A stretch of 49,755 nucleotides of DNA from a virus. Lineage: Duplodnaviria > Caudoviricetes. The notes under the pieces are model-generated. The model worked only from the letters and a program-made list of their open reading frames with translations. It ran no database searches and had not been told where the DNA came from. Of the stretch, positions 37,659 to 47,161 are shown piece by piece (positions within the stretch are counted from its first letter, which is position 1; each line of letters begins with the position of its first letter). The position numbers were made by a program, and so were the translations under genes. The stretch covers positions 1 to 49,755 of the IMG/VR virus record IMGVR_UViG_3300020187_003788; one strand, written 5' to 3'.

Positions 37659-40034
37659 GTTTATGTGCAAAGTATATCCATATTCACTTGGTATACTACT
37701 TAGGAAAAATACAACCCCCTCCGTGGTAGGGGAGCCACTAACAGTAGCACTGATATTAGTAAATCCAGCAGGATCTCCGCTATAATAAACCCCAAAAGTT
37801 AAATCAGGTTCAGTATTATGGTGGTAATCAAACGAACCACTTATCCAATTTTGGTTATCATCTTTTGCTTCGTCTAAGTTCAGGATAGTGATTTGAGATG
37901 ATTTGGTTAAAACTAAATCTTCTTCGTGTAAAACTCCTGATCCTATTGTGTCGTAGGGGATCATCTTAATATACTTGTGTGGGTTGCTTTCTCCATCAAA
38001 TACATATGATATAGTATTTTGTATATCTATATCTTCTTGACTATATACTTCTAGTAGATTTTCTTCAGAAATCTCAAAACCTTGTTGGTCAGATCCATAT
38101 AAATATATCCCTGTTACGTTGTAGTTATTAGCTAGATACTCTTGCGACTCTTCTGGATTATAGAAAGTATCAACAAAAGTGTAATTAGCTTCGAATGCTT
38201 CACTATCTGTATTTATAGAGACACCACTAAATTCCATTATTGGTGATAGTCCAGTAGCTTCATATGAGTTCATTGTGTTGCCCCGGACTTTATTTTTTAA
38301 ATCTATGCTTAGCCTTGCTTCCCTTACTTTTCCATATCCACTTCCTGCATATTTATAAATATGTGACCCGTTGGAATTAGCCCAACACCAATGATTACCT
38401 ACATCATTCGAGGTAATTACTCCATATTCTATTTCATTCTCAGAGTTTATGGTTTCTATTGTTCTTTGTGATTCTTGTTGAAAGTCTACTTCTAAGAAAA
38501 TTTCATCATTTAAAAACCTTTCAGAAAAAGCACCAGAAAGCATACCAACTTTATTTCTCCTTAATCCTACCCATCCGTTTCCATGCCCCATTGTTTTAAT
38601 TAATTCTAATTGGTATGGGTTAAGTATAACTGCAGGCATTTCACCAATTTCATTTAAATAAGATGCTGACTCTTCTAATGTCCTTGAAAACCTATCACCT
38701 GATCTAAATTTTATATCATAACTATTAGGGTTATCTTTTGGCATAGAATAAGTTCCAATTATCTCCTCGTTTAAACCAGAAGTCGAACATGCGAATGCTT
38801 GCTCGCCGGCATTATAAAAACCGTAATTGTAAACATTGTATGAGTTTAAACTTTCTTCTAGATAAATTGGGCTACTATTTGCCCACGAGCTACCAGCACC
38901 AGAACCTATATACCCAGTAATCCCATCTCCTGTACTATCAATAAACAGTCCAGTATAAAAACTATCTTGAAAATGCAATGAGTTGTCAAATATATATTGG
39001 TTTTCTTCGTTGGCTCCATAGTATGCTTCTGAATCTATAACCCCGCTATCTAAATATATAATATCATTATATCCATAAACCGCTTGAGAGGTGTCTCCTT
39101 CCCCAGTTAACCCATAACATGCCTCAACGAATTGAGTATCGCTGCTATAATTTTTTTCAAAAGTAAAATAGTAAGCATCACCCCCACTTATTCTCTGTCC
39201 ATACAATGATGATATATAAGGTTGGTATTGCCTAGCTGAGTAATTATTGTTATTATTTCCTGTTGAAAACTGATCAACTCCTAGTGGCATTAAATAATTA
39301 AATTCTTCTGGATAAAGCTCTATGCTAAGGCTATTGTTTAACCCGGTAACCGACCTTACGGCTGTATTAAAATAATCATCTTCTTGATTAACCACACCGC
39401 TAACCCCAGATGTCAGCCCCGTAAAGTGATATAATTCTAATGTCTGAAAGTTATTAGATATATCATTTTCATCAGTGTCTTTTAATCCTTCGTAGTTTAT
39501 TGTTAGGATTCCATCTTCAAAACTTTCGGATAATATTGTATATTCTGGAGGTGGGTTTTTTGTTGTAAAAATTCCACTACTTTTATTTCCAGCGAAATCA
39601 ACAACCTCTACATCAACCGAATAATTTCTTATTTTCCTATCCCCACTAATGTAATAAAGTAAACTATTATCGTTCAAATCATTAGCCTCAAATATTTTAT
39701 TTCTATTGCCTCTGACTTTTTTTCTTTTTTCTTCATCAAGATTTTCGTATATAGATACATTAAACCCACTAATATATGAGTTATTAAATATATCTTGAGA
39801 ATCATATATCAATCCATCTCTTGGTTCTTTTAGGTTCCAGTGTAAATTCAGTTCTTCGCCCTGAAAGTCTTGATGGTGAGTGGATAAAAGTGTGTGAAAC
39901 TCAGGCACTATTGAACCCTCCCTGCTATACTCTGAGTGGGTTAAATATATATTAGCTACCTGGAAAGTTTTTCCGTATTTTTTTACCGGATCAGCTTTTG
40001 GTACGACTACTTTTTTTGAATCTGAAAAGCTCAT
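37641..40034 (-). CDS. Large virion structural/tail-associated protein with C-type lectin-like insert
   Basis: Directly downstream of gpJ; beta-rich acidic composition; A..LNP.Q...I......WVGLRR...WCW segment. Confidence 0.55.
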   Translation of the reverse strand: MSFSDSKKVVVPKADPVKKYGKTFQVANIYLTHSEYSREGSIVPEFHTLLSTHHQDFQGEELNLHWNLKEPRDGLIYDSQDIFNNSYISGFNVSIYENLDEEKRKKVRGNRNKIFEANDLNDNSLLYYISGDRKIRNYSVDVEVVDFAGNKSSGIFTTKNPPPEYTILSESFEDGILTINYEGLKDTDENDISNNFQTLELYHFTGLTSGVSGVVNQEDDYFNTAVRSVTGLNNSLSIELYPEEFNYLMPLGVDQFSTGNNNNNYSARQYQPYISSLYGQRISGGDAYYFTFEKNYSSDTQFVEACYGLTGEGDTSQAVYGYNDIIYLDSGVIDSEAYYGANEENQYIFDNSLHFQDSFYTGLFIDSTGDGITGYIGSGAGSSWANSSPIYLEESLNSYNVYNYGFYNAGEQAFACSTSGLNEEIIGTYSMPKDNPNSYDIKFRSGDRFSRTLEESASYLNEIGEMPAVILNPYQLELIKTMGHGNGWVGLRRNKVGMLSGAFSERFLNDEIFLEVDFQQESQRTIETINSENEIEYGVITSNDVGNHWCWANSNGSHIYKYAGSGYGKVREARLSIDLKNKVRGNTMNSYEATGLSPIMEFSGVSINTDSEAFEANYTFVDTFYNPEESQEYLANNYNVTGIYLYGSDQQGFEISEENLLEVYSQEDIDIQNTISYVFDGESNPHKYIKMIPYDTIGSGVLHEEDLVLTKSSQITILNLDEAKDDNQNWISGSFDYHHNTEPDLTFGVYYSGDPAGFTNISATVSGSPTTEGVVFFLSSIPSEYGYTLHINSVDQT

Positions 40035-40035
40035 T

Positions 40036-43000
40036 TTAAAAAGGTACTGAATATATCCTTACGTAATAAGTGCCATCCTCCGATATTCTTTTATTTCTAT
40101 GAGTATAAGACATCTTCTCTTGACCTTTGTCATTATTTATCTCAAAGGTTGAGAGTAAATCGTTTTGATCAAAAAACTGAATTCTATAGGATGCTGCAGC
40201 AGGATCCGTTCCCCATATAGCTTTAAGCCCATAAGGTATTTTATTATTGAAGTCTTCATTTAATATCTCAACCCTAACATCGGCGGGCGGAGCTAGAGTT
40301 TTATCTGTAAACAGAACTGGTCTTGTTGGCGGCTGAATAGATGCATGCTTTTCAATATTATCAAACTTATCAGCATTATATGCTAATCCCTGTATATTAA
40401 ATATACCATTAGACTCTTCTGTTATATTAATTATTTTAAATTGTTTTTTGTTGGCTAGATTAACATCGCTTTGAAGCGAGAAGGTAGTTCCCTCTATACC
40501 TATCAGATCTCTAAGGTCGTTGTCAGAAACTTTCTCCAACAGGTATCCGATTTTATTTTTTCCATCATCATGTGTCCAGTCTCCATGAATATCCATATTA
40601 GTGGATCCATTTACTCTTAAATAATCTCCTGGATTTGATTGGCTATTAAACTGTGGGTACCCATCGGCCCAGTCAAAAAGCTCTATGCCTTCTCCACCAG
40701 GCTCGCAAGATTTAGGTTCGTGCCATACTGCTTTTGCCGGATCCGGCTTTCTTCTATAATAACCGCCAATCCAAGCAGATTTATCTACTGGAAGAGCTTC
40801 TTTAACCAGATTAAGTTCGTCTTCATTATATATTCTAGCAAGCACACCACCCCTTTCTTCGGCATCAGCTAATGCTTGATACCATGTATACTCACCCTCA
40901 ATAAATTCGTATGGATTATTATAAAGCTTTAATCTTGTATCATTTTCGTATACTTCAGAAACAAAGTATTCAATTATTTGCGGCTTCCTTATGTCGTCTA
41001 TATCCTGATTTTCTGGTGACCCCATCGCATCCAGAGACTCGCTAGTTTGGTTCTGAGATGGGCTATACAAAGTAACCCTTTTCCATGTATTCATGTCTGT
41101 TGGATCTATTATGCAAGATATCGGATAGTCTACTTTTATAGACCCAGTTCTTCCATCGTCAGCTACTTCTATATCAATTACTTTACCAGAGAATTTACCT
41201 ACATTTCTTTTACTGTCTAATATATCGACGATATCTCCCGGCCTCAAGTAAGACCCAAGCAGATTCGTTTTAAATGCTACTATTTCTGTTTCTAAGTTCG
41301 CTGATTTTACTAAAAACTCTGCGGCTCTTTTTGCTTGGGCTTGAGATGTAATCCCAAACCCATCTATAGTTTGCTCGATTATATTATTTTCAATAACAGA
41401 ATCCCTATCTTCATGGTGCTCCATCTTCGGCCTAAAGTGATTATATCTGTCTAAATATTTTATTTTACAAACATTCGTTCTGCTTGTTCTTGGGGTATTA
41501 GAGTATGCGAATCCTTCTTTTGCTATATTATTATTAGAGAATAACATAACAGATTCTCTTTTCTCATCCTGAAAGAAATTTATAGCCCCACCAGACCAAT
41601 AACTAAATGCTCTAAATATAGATGCAAATTCATTTATTAATTTAAATGCATTAGACTGATTCATTATAAAAGCATTCAAGGTATACCTAGGCTCAACTAA
41701 TGGATAATCAATCTCTACTGCACATTCACCAATATCAAATAAAGGTTTATGTTTTAATATTACTTTATTTTCTTCTATAGCTGCACTTAAAATTACAAGG
41801 CTATCATAGGTTCCATCTTCATAAAATAATGCAAGTTTTTTATTAGGATGATTAAATTCCGCCGCAAAATTATCGGCACCCTCGATAATAATTGAATGAC
41901 CACCGGACTCATTGCCATTATAAGAGAATTTTCTCTTTGGAAATTTAGGGCTATATCCGGTTGGAATAAATTCATCACAATATTTAGACATTTTATAAAG
42001 TGTCCACCTATCTATATGCTCCGGCTTGATTCCGAATTTACCAACCCCATATCGCTTATCAGCTATTAAATCGTAAAGGCACCATGCGGGATTATCTGTC
42101 CACCTTTTAGCGTTTTCTGGTATTGGGTCATTTTTATATTCTTGCCCAGAGAATAGCCCGTTCCAGTTTTGTAAATACCTTCTTGTCTCCGGGTCGTATG
42201 TTGCCTCATCTGGTAGTGCTACCTTCTTCAATCTTAGATGGTAATTTCTTTCTGGTATATTCGCATAATCTCTCGCATTTACCCGTGTTCCAATAACAAC
42301 AGAATTTGGATAACTTAAATTTACTGGGGTTATTTCTGTGATTGCTGCCAGTGACATTTTCTCTTTATATCTCGCTGCCTGCTCGCCTTCTTTTACTAGG
42401 TTTTTTTCTCGATTAAGTTTATATACTTTAATAATTCTATTTTTCTGACCAGGGTTTGGTGGCATGTACAGTTTTACATCTTTCCTGTATGCCGATGTAG
42501 CTATGCCATACATATAGACATCGGTTGAGTACATGATTTCTCCCTCGTTTCCATACTTTATTCTAAATTTTGCTCTATTCGGCCAACTCTCTCCTGAGTT
42601 CTCTACCTTTGATCCAACTTTAAATTCATCGTTTTTATCTATAAGGTTCTCAATAATCCTAAGTGCTGTTAAAATTGCAGTATTTAAGCCTGCTGCCGCA
42701 AGCTCCTCTTTGCCTAGCGCTCCCTGAGCTCCAACTAAGTCCGAAAGCATTGGATCTTTCGCGGCCGCTTTAGCAAAAGATGCAGCCTTTTTATACTCAA
42801 CCGCGCTCTTTACCCCGTGAAACAAAGCCAATCCGCCATAATATATTGATGCAGCATCCAATAAAGCAGTCCACAACTCTCCAATACGGTATGTAACTTC
42901 AACATTATCACCTTCATAAACATACATCAATTCATCTATTTGTAAACTTACATATGCTTGTTCTACAAGCGGATTAATAATGGTATGACTAGCATAGTTT

Positions 43001-45336
43001 TCCTCCTCTATACTTTTCTCAATGTTCGTAACATAACTGCCCCCAGGCCCAAAAATAGATATTTCATTGGTTATATCTTCATCACTATTATTTTTTACCT
43101 CTACTGGTGAATTTATATATATTTTTTGCCAAAAAGATTCGGCTTTATCATCTTCGGATTCTGGAGTAATGTTTATTTGTTTATTTATAAAACCTTGCTG
43201 CTCAGACAATATTTTACCGTGATCGTTGTAAATAACCCTCTCTTCATCTTGCCCCTCTTCTTTTATGGTTACCGATAATGCATCCGCAAATGTACTTACA
43301 TCACCACCAGGAAGAGCATCCTCGTTGAAATTTGGATCTATATTAATCTCGCCCGTTTGTTCATCTGTAACTTCTCCTGGTTTTATCTTGTATAAAAAAT
43401 CTTTCTTTTTAATTACCTTACCGACTTCCCCACTATAATCAGTATCTTTATTGTAATCACCTAGGTAGTTCTCCGCTCCAGATCCAAGCTCGTAATATTC
43501 CCAATGCCCGTCGTATGTTTCTGTTTTTATCTTATCTCCTTCTGTATAAGACTGCTGTTCTCCAAATACTTTATATTCACCAAGCCCTGGCCCCGTAACT
43601 AAAAACTGCACACTTCCATCTTCTCCAGTATATACTATATCCGCTTTTGAAATATCACCCTCATACGAATAATTTTCTTTATCCGAAAACTGGGCTGACA
43701 AGTTTTTATTTATTTTGTATTTCACAAACCCACCATTTTGCTCGTAAAGCACAACGCTGCCTTGCTCATATATTTTCTTAGGTTGAAATGCCTCTAGCTC
43801 TCCTTCTGCTAAAAAAGTTTCCCCAACTGCCCTAGGCCCATAAAGAGGAGCATTAATTTCTTTTGTGTCTGCAGTAAATCTATATTGCTCTTTTAGAGGA
43901 AGTTGGTCGTCGGCCCCTATTGTGCCTTTAGAATTCATACCAACATCAATATCAAACTCATTTATATTGTAGCTATCCAGCCCCGCAGTATAATTTACTT
44001 CTTTTACTGGGGTTGAGTCTAAATATACTGCCTGAAGGTAATCATCATCTTCGTTTCTTGTTTTGTTTAAATTTGCATCGTTCGTTTTAAAATCTTTACT
44101 AAAATCTAAAAGCTCTCCATTTTTACTAGCAAATCCATCTATCGATCCTTCGCAAATTAAATCTATTGCTTTATGTACAGTAGTTGACTCCAACTTAAAC
44201 CACCCTAATCCATTTTCTTTTTTTCCGTTAATCCACCTTTCCCCAACCGGAACAGGAAATGCCTCAAGATAGTTTTTTAAATTCAAATTTCTTTTTAATT
44301 CATTTAAGCTTTCCTCACTCCAGAATATTGGATAAAAATCTCCAAGCTGTTCTGTTTCTAATTTCGGATCACTCTGTATGCAAACAAAACCGCTTTTTGC
44401 CGCTTCTGAGGCCGGTATGGAAAACATTTTATTATCTATTTTTGACGAATCTGCATACCAGTTTCCCGTGTTTTCATCAAAGTTTGGTAGTAATGCTTTG
44501 TTTACCCCTTTCGCCCAATCCCAAGTGTAACAATAATAACCCAATATAGCGCCACCCTTGCATTCTTTGATATTGGTCATTTTATTTTTAAAATCTTCAC
44601 TAGATCTAGCCGAACCATACATTCCATCAACCACCCCAAAAGCATTACCTATTAAACCGAGTTTCATTTTTTGATATGATGGATCTATTACCCTATACTC
44701 ACTAGTTCCATCGAATGTTTTTTTACCGAATGATGCTCCTAATGGTCCGCTCTCGTTATACAATTCCGGATTGTGATAAAACGGAACCAAGCTATACAAG
44801 CCCTCCTCGAAATTAAAAAGCTTGACCTTTTCGGCACTAAAATCATAATTTATCGAGCAAGCAGATACAACATTTGTCCCTACATTCATTCTACCATATC
44901 CCAATGGTACGGTAGACCCCTGCTCGAATCTATTTTGTTTTCCGCTATATATAAAAGACTGGGTTTGAGCCTGAAGTACAGAGTCGTCTCTCTCCATAGC
45001 TTCAGCCATTTTCTTTTGTATATACATGCTGGCTGCAGTTGTGGCAGCCATGATTATTAAATTTAAAGCAAAGGTCTGAGACCCTTCGGGTATAGGGAAA
45101 ATATGAAAATCTTTATCACTAATTAATTCAAATTCTTCTTTATTTTGTAGTATTTCTCCTGAATCTTTTTTGATGCCATAACTTATTCCAGAACTGTATG
45201 CTTCTTGTAGGTATTTTTGTATACCAAAATTGTTGGCGCATAATGCGGCCATAGCTTCGGCGGCAGAAGACACATCAAGATCCCAGGTTTCACCAAACCT
45301 TTTACCAAGATCACCATGTAAATGTATCTTTTTCAT
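40036..45336 (-). CDS. Tail tip protein: lambda gpI-gpJ (host specificity) fusion
   Basis: N-terminal IHLHGDLGKRFG..W.LDV.S.AEA..AL and QG..VPLGYGRM.VG..VVS (gpI); DLICEG.IDG, LSYPNS, WTDNPAWCLYDL...RYG.G, YCDE and GITS..QA.RAA (gpJ). Confidence 0.9.
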   Translation of the reverse strand: MKKIHLHGDLGKRFGETWDLDVSSAAEAMAALCANNFGIQKYLQEAYSSGISYGIKKDSGEILQNKEEFELISDKDFHIFPIPEGSQTFALNLIIMAATTAASMYIQKKMAEAMERDDSVLQAQTQSFIYSGKQNRFEQGSTVPLGYGRMNVGTNVVSACSINYDFSAEKVKLFNFEEGLYSLVPFYHNPELYNESGPLGASFGKKTFDGTSEYRVIDPSYQKMKLGLIGNAFGVVDGMYGSARSSEDFKNKMTNIKECKGGAILGYYCYTWDWAKGVNKALLPNFDENTGNWYADSSKIDNKMFSIPASEAAKSGFVCIQSDPKLETEQLGDFYPIFWSEESLNELKRNLNLKNYLEAFPVPVGERWINGKKENGLGWFKLESTTVHKAIDLICEGSIDGFASKNGELLDFSKDFKTNDANLNKTRNEDDDYLQAVYLDSTPVKEVNYTAGLDSYNINEFDIDVGMNSKGTIGADDQLPLKEQYRFTADTKEINAPLYGPRAVGETFLAEGELEAFQPKKIYEQGSVVLYEQNGGFVKYKINKNLSAQFSDKENYSYEGDISKADIVYTGEDGSVQFLVTGPGLGEYKVFGEQQSYTEGDKIKTETYDGHWEYYELGSGAENYLGDYNKDTDYSGEVGKVIKKKDFLYKIKPGEVTDEQTGEINIDPNFNEDALPGGDVSTFADALSVTIKEEGQDEERVIYNDHGKILSEQQGFINKQINITPESEDDKAESFWQKIYINSPVEVKNNSDEDITNEISIFGPGGSYVTNIEKSIEEENYASHTIINPLVEQAYVSLQIDELMYVYEGDNVEVTYRIGELWTALLDAASIYYGGLALFHGVKSAVEYKKAASFAKAAAKDPMLSDLVGAQGALGKEELAAAGLNTAILTALRIIENLIDKNDEFKVGSKVENSGESWPNRAKFRIKYGNEGEIMYSTDVYMYGIATSAYRKDVKLYMPPNPGQKNRIIKVYKLNREKNLVKEGEQAARYKEKMSLAAITEITPVNLSYPNSVVIGTRVNARDYANIPERNYHLRLKKVALPDEATYDPETRRYLQNWNGLFSGQEYKNDPIPENAKRWTDNPAWCLYDLIADKRYGVGKFGIKPEHIDRWTLYKMSKYCDEFIPTGYSPKFPKRKFSYNGNESGGHSIIIEGADNFAAEFNHPNKKLALFYEDGTYDSLVILSAAIEENKVILKHKPLFDIGECAVEIDYPLVEPRYTLNAFIMNQSNAFKLINEFASIFRAFSYWSGGAINFFQDEKRESVMLFSNNNIAKEGFAYSNTPRTSRTNVCKIKYLDRYNHFRPKMEHHEDRDSVIENNIIEQTIDGFGITSQAQAKRAAEFLVKSANLETEIVAFKTNLLGSYLRPGDIVDILDSKRNVGKFSGKVIDIEVADDGRTGSIKVDYPISCIIDPTDMNTWKRVTLYSPSQNQTSESLDAMGSPENQDIDDIRKPQIIEYFVSEVYENDTRLKLYNNPYEFIEGEYTWYQALADAEERGGVLARIYNEDELNLVKEALPVDKSAWIGGYYRRKPDPAKAVWHEPKSCEPGGEGIELFDWADGYPQFNSQSNPGDYLRVNGSTNMDIHGDWTHDDGKNKIGYLLEKVSDNDLRDLIGIEGTTFSLQSDVNLANKKQFKIINITEESNGIFNIQGLAYNADKFDNIEKHASIQPPTRPVLFTDKTLAPPADVRVEILNEDFNNKIPYGLKAIWGTDPAAASYRIQFFDQNDLLSTFEINNDKGQEKMSYTHRNKRISEDGTYYVRIYSVPF

Positions 45337-45354
45337 CCTTTTGCCTTATTTTAC

Positions 45355-46083
45355 TTACACTAAAGAATGGTGCCTGTACACACGTTTAACCTTAGATTGC
45401 CACCTTTCATCAAATAATTGATTACAAGACAATCCATGCATTGGTTGATGCACAAAATAATCATTACCTAAATATATACCAACATGAAATCTTTTATTCT
45501 GCTTTAATTCAAATACTATAACGTCATGCTTTTGTATATTATCTTGCTTTTTTAATTGTATTAAATTTTTATTTAAAATATTAGTTAATAATTTATTTGC
45601 TGTTTCATCTGATTCTGGTAACCAATAGTTTTCATTCCATGTTGTTATGTTATTATCTAGGTTGGATATAAAGTAGTCTTTTAATATGCAGGTGCATTCG
45701 TAGAATCCTTTTATATATGGCCGCCCCAAAAGATTATCCGGATCGTAAGACTCTGGGTAGTACAGAAAGAACCTCTTGGTCTTGAGGCTGTAAATCAAAT
45801 AAGGAAGCCCAGTTGCTTTTGCACTCGCCTTGTCGTGCTCAGATGGAAACTCGTCTTCTCGGGTGTGAGAGTGATATATACCTAATATATTTTTATTAAG
45901 CTTGTAGCTTAAAAATTTAGCTGGCGATATAGAGAATGAATCTTCTGGCTTTGGGTTTTCGTTTATTGCTTTTTCGGAATATGCAATCAAATCATCAGAT
46001 AAAATAACAAAACCGCAGACCTCTTTCTCGGGGCTACTATTGGCATGTTCTATTATACTGTCGCAAAATTTATTTGAAGTCAT
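45355..46083 (-). CDS. Tail assembly protein K-like (JAB/MPN + NlpC/P60)
   Basis: EVCG and HSHx7SxxD (JAMM) motifs; GRPY..G..EC and HVGIYLG...VH. Confidence 0.92.
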   Translation of the reverse strand: MTSNKFCDSIIEHANSSPEKEVCGFVILSDDLIAYSEKAINENPKPEDSFSISPAKFLSYKLNKNILGIYHSHTREDEFPSEHDKASAKATGLPYLIYSLKTKRFFLYYPESYDPDNLLGRPYIKGFYECTCILKDYFISNLDNNITTWNENYWLPESDETANKLLTNILNKNLIQLKKQDNIQKHDVIVFELKQNKRFHVGIYLGNDYFVHQPMHGLSCNQLFDERWQSKVKRVYRHHSLV

Positions 46084-47104
46084 AAGGATCTATTCCTGGG
46101 AATCCCCCAAAAGGCAACCCTTCTTCACTTTCTGCCCAAAAATTATCGCTTCCTTCTTTATTTTCGTGAAGCCTGACTCCGCCACCTGCCCCGGTAGCAT
46201 CGTCAGAAAATCTTATCCTGCAACCACATAATGTTTTATCGCAATCGTCTTTAACCCAATTCTGCCTATCCAATACAGGGTTAGATCGCACATCGTCGTT
46301 CAAGCAAACGTATATACCGACAGGTGTTAATTCCGGATCAGAAGAGAACGGTATAAGCTTAACGACATCGCCCTGATTGTATATCCCAGTATTTGTCCAA
46401 TCTTGGTATAATCCGTTCTCATCGTATGCACCAAACTCGCCCATAATATCTTCCCCTGAAAAATACACCTCAGATCCAACCATCTGTCCATTGTATCCAC
46501 TAGCTACAAATCTTTTATTCTTATCGTCTGACACCGGCTTTCCCTTGTAGCCGCAACCAATAGTGCTTCTGTATGCCCACGGGCAATTATTTGAATACAT
46601 TGTTCGAGCTGGAACGTTTGCATTCTGTAATTCCAATAAAGATACTAATTCAAACTCTACAATATTATCATCCTCTTTTACTTTTTGATTAATATAAAAG
46701 ACATCTTCAGCAAAAGAAGCATCAGGATCTGGATCGGCATGCGGGTTTACATCATCAGGAAAATTAATTGAGTCTAAATATTTAACAAAAGTTTTTATTC
46801 TTGTTACTTTGTAATTAGTAAAGTCATTAAAATAAGCTAACTTCATTGACACACTACCCTTATGGTTTGAGAATGTCATCTTTGGTCTGGGTAATCTGCC
46901 GTCCCCGTGCATTTCAAATCCCTCAACCTTTATAGGGAAGTAATCATAATCCTGACTATTAAATACTAATTTGTTTTGATATCCATTTTCCCCAGCATGA
47001 AATAAATAATTACCCTTATCCTTTAAGTCTATTCTATATAAGCATATCATTGTTGACGGATCAAGGTCAAACAAAGATGCATTAGCTTTAGAGGTATTCT
47101 TCAC
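46070..47104 (-). CDS. Minor tail protein L-like
   Basis: FPIKVEGFE....GRLPRPK, VTRIKTFVKYLD..NF, CPWAYR...CGY, CDK...GC..RF and PFGGFPG. Confidence 0.93.
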   Translation of the reverse strand: MKNTSKANASLFDLDPSTMICLYRIDLKDKGNYLFHAGENGYQNKLVFNSQDYDYFPIKVEGFEMHGDGRLPRPKMTFSNHKGSVSMKLAYFNDFTNYKVTRIKTFVKYLDSINFPDDVNPHADPDPDASFAEDVFYINQKVKEDDNIVEFELVSLLELQNANVPARTMYSNNCPWAYRSTIGCGYKGKPVSDDKNKRFVASGYNGQMVGSEVYFSGEDIMGEFGAYDENGLYQDWTNTGIYNQGDVVKLIPFSSDPELTPVGIYVCLNDDVRSNPVLDRQNWVKDDCDKTLCGCRIRFSDDATGAGGGVRLHENKEGSDNFWAESEEGLPFGGFPGIDPYDFK

Positions 47105-47161
47105 AATAATACAATATACATATTATAATAAAGAATATTGATTAGTTTTTAAATATAGTTT

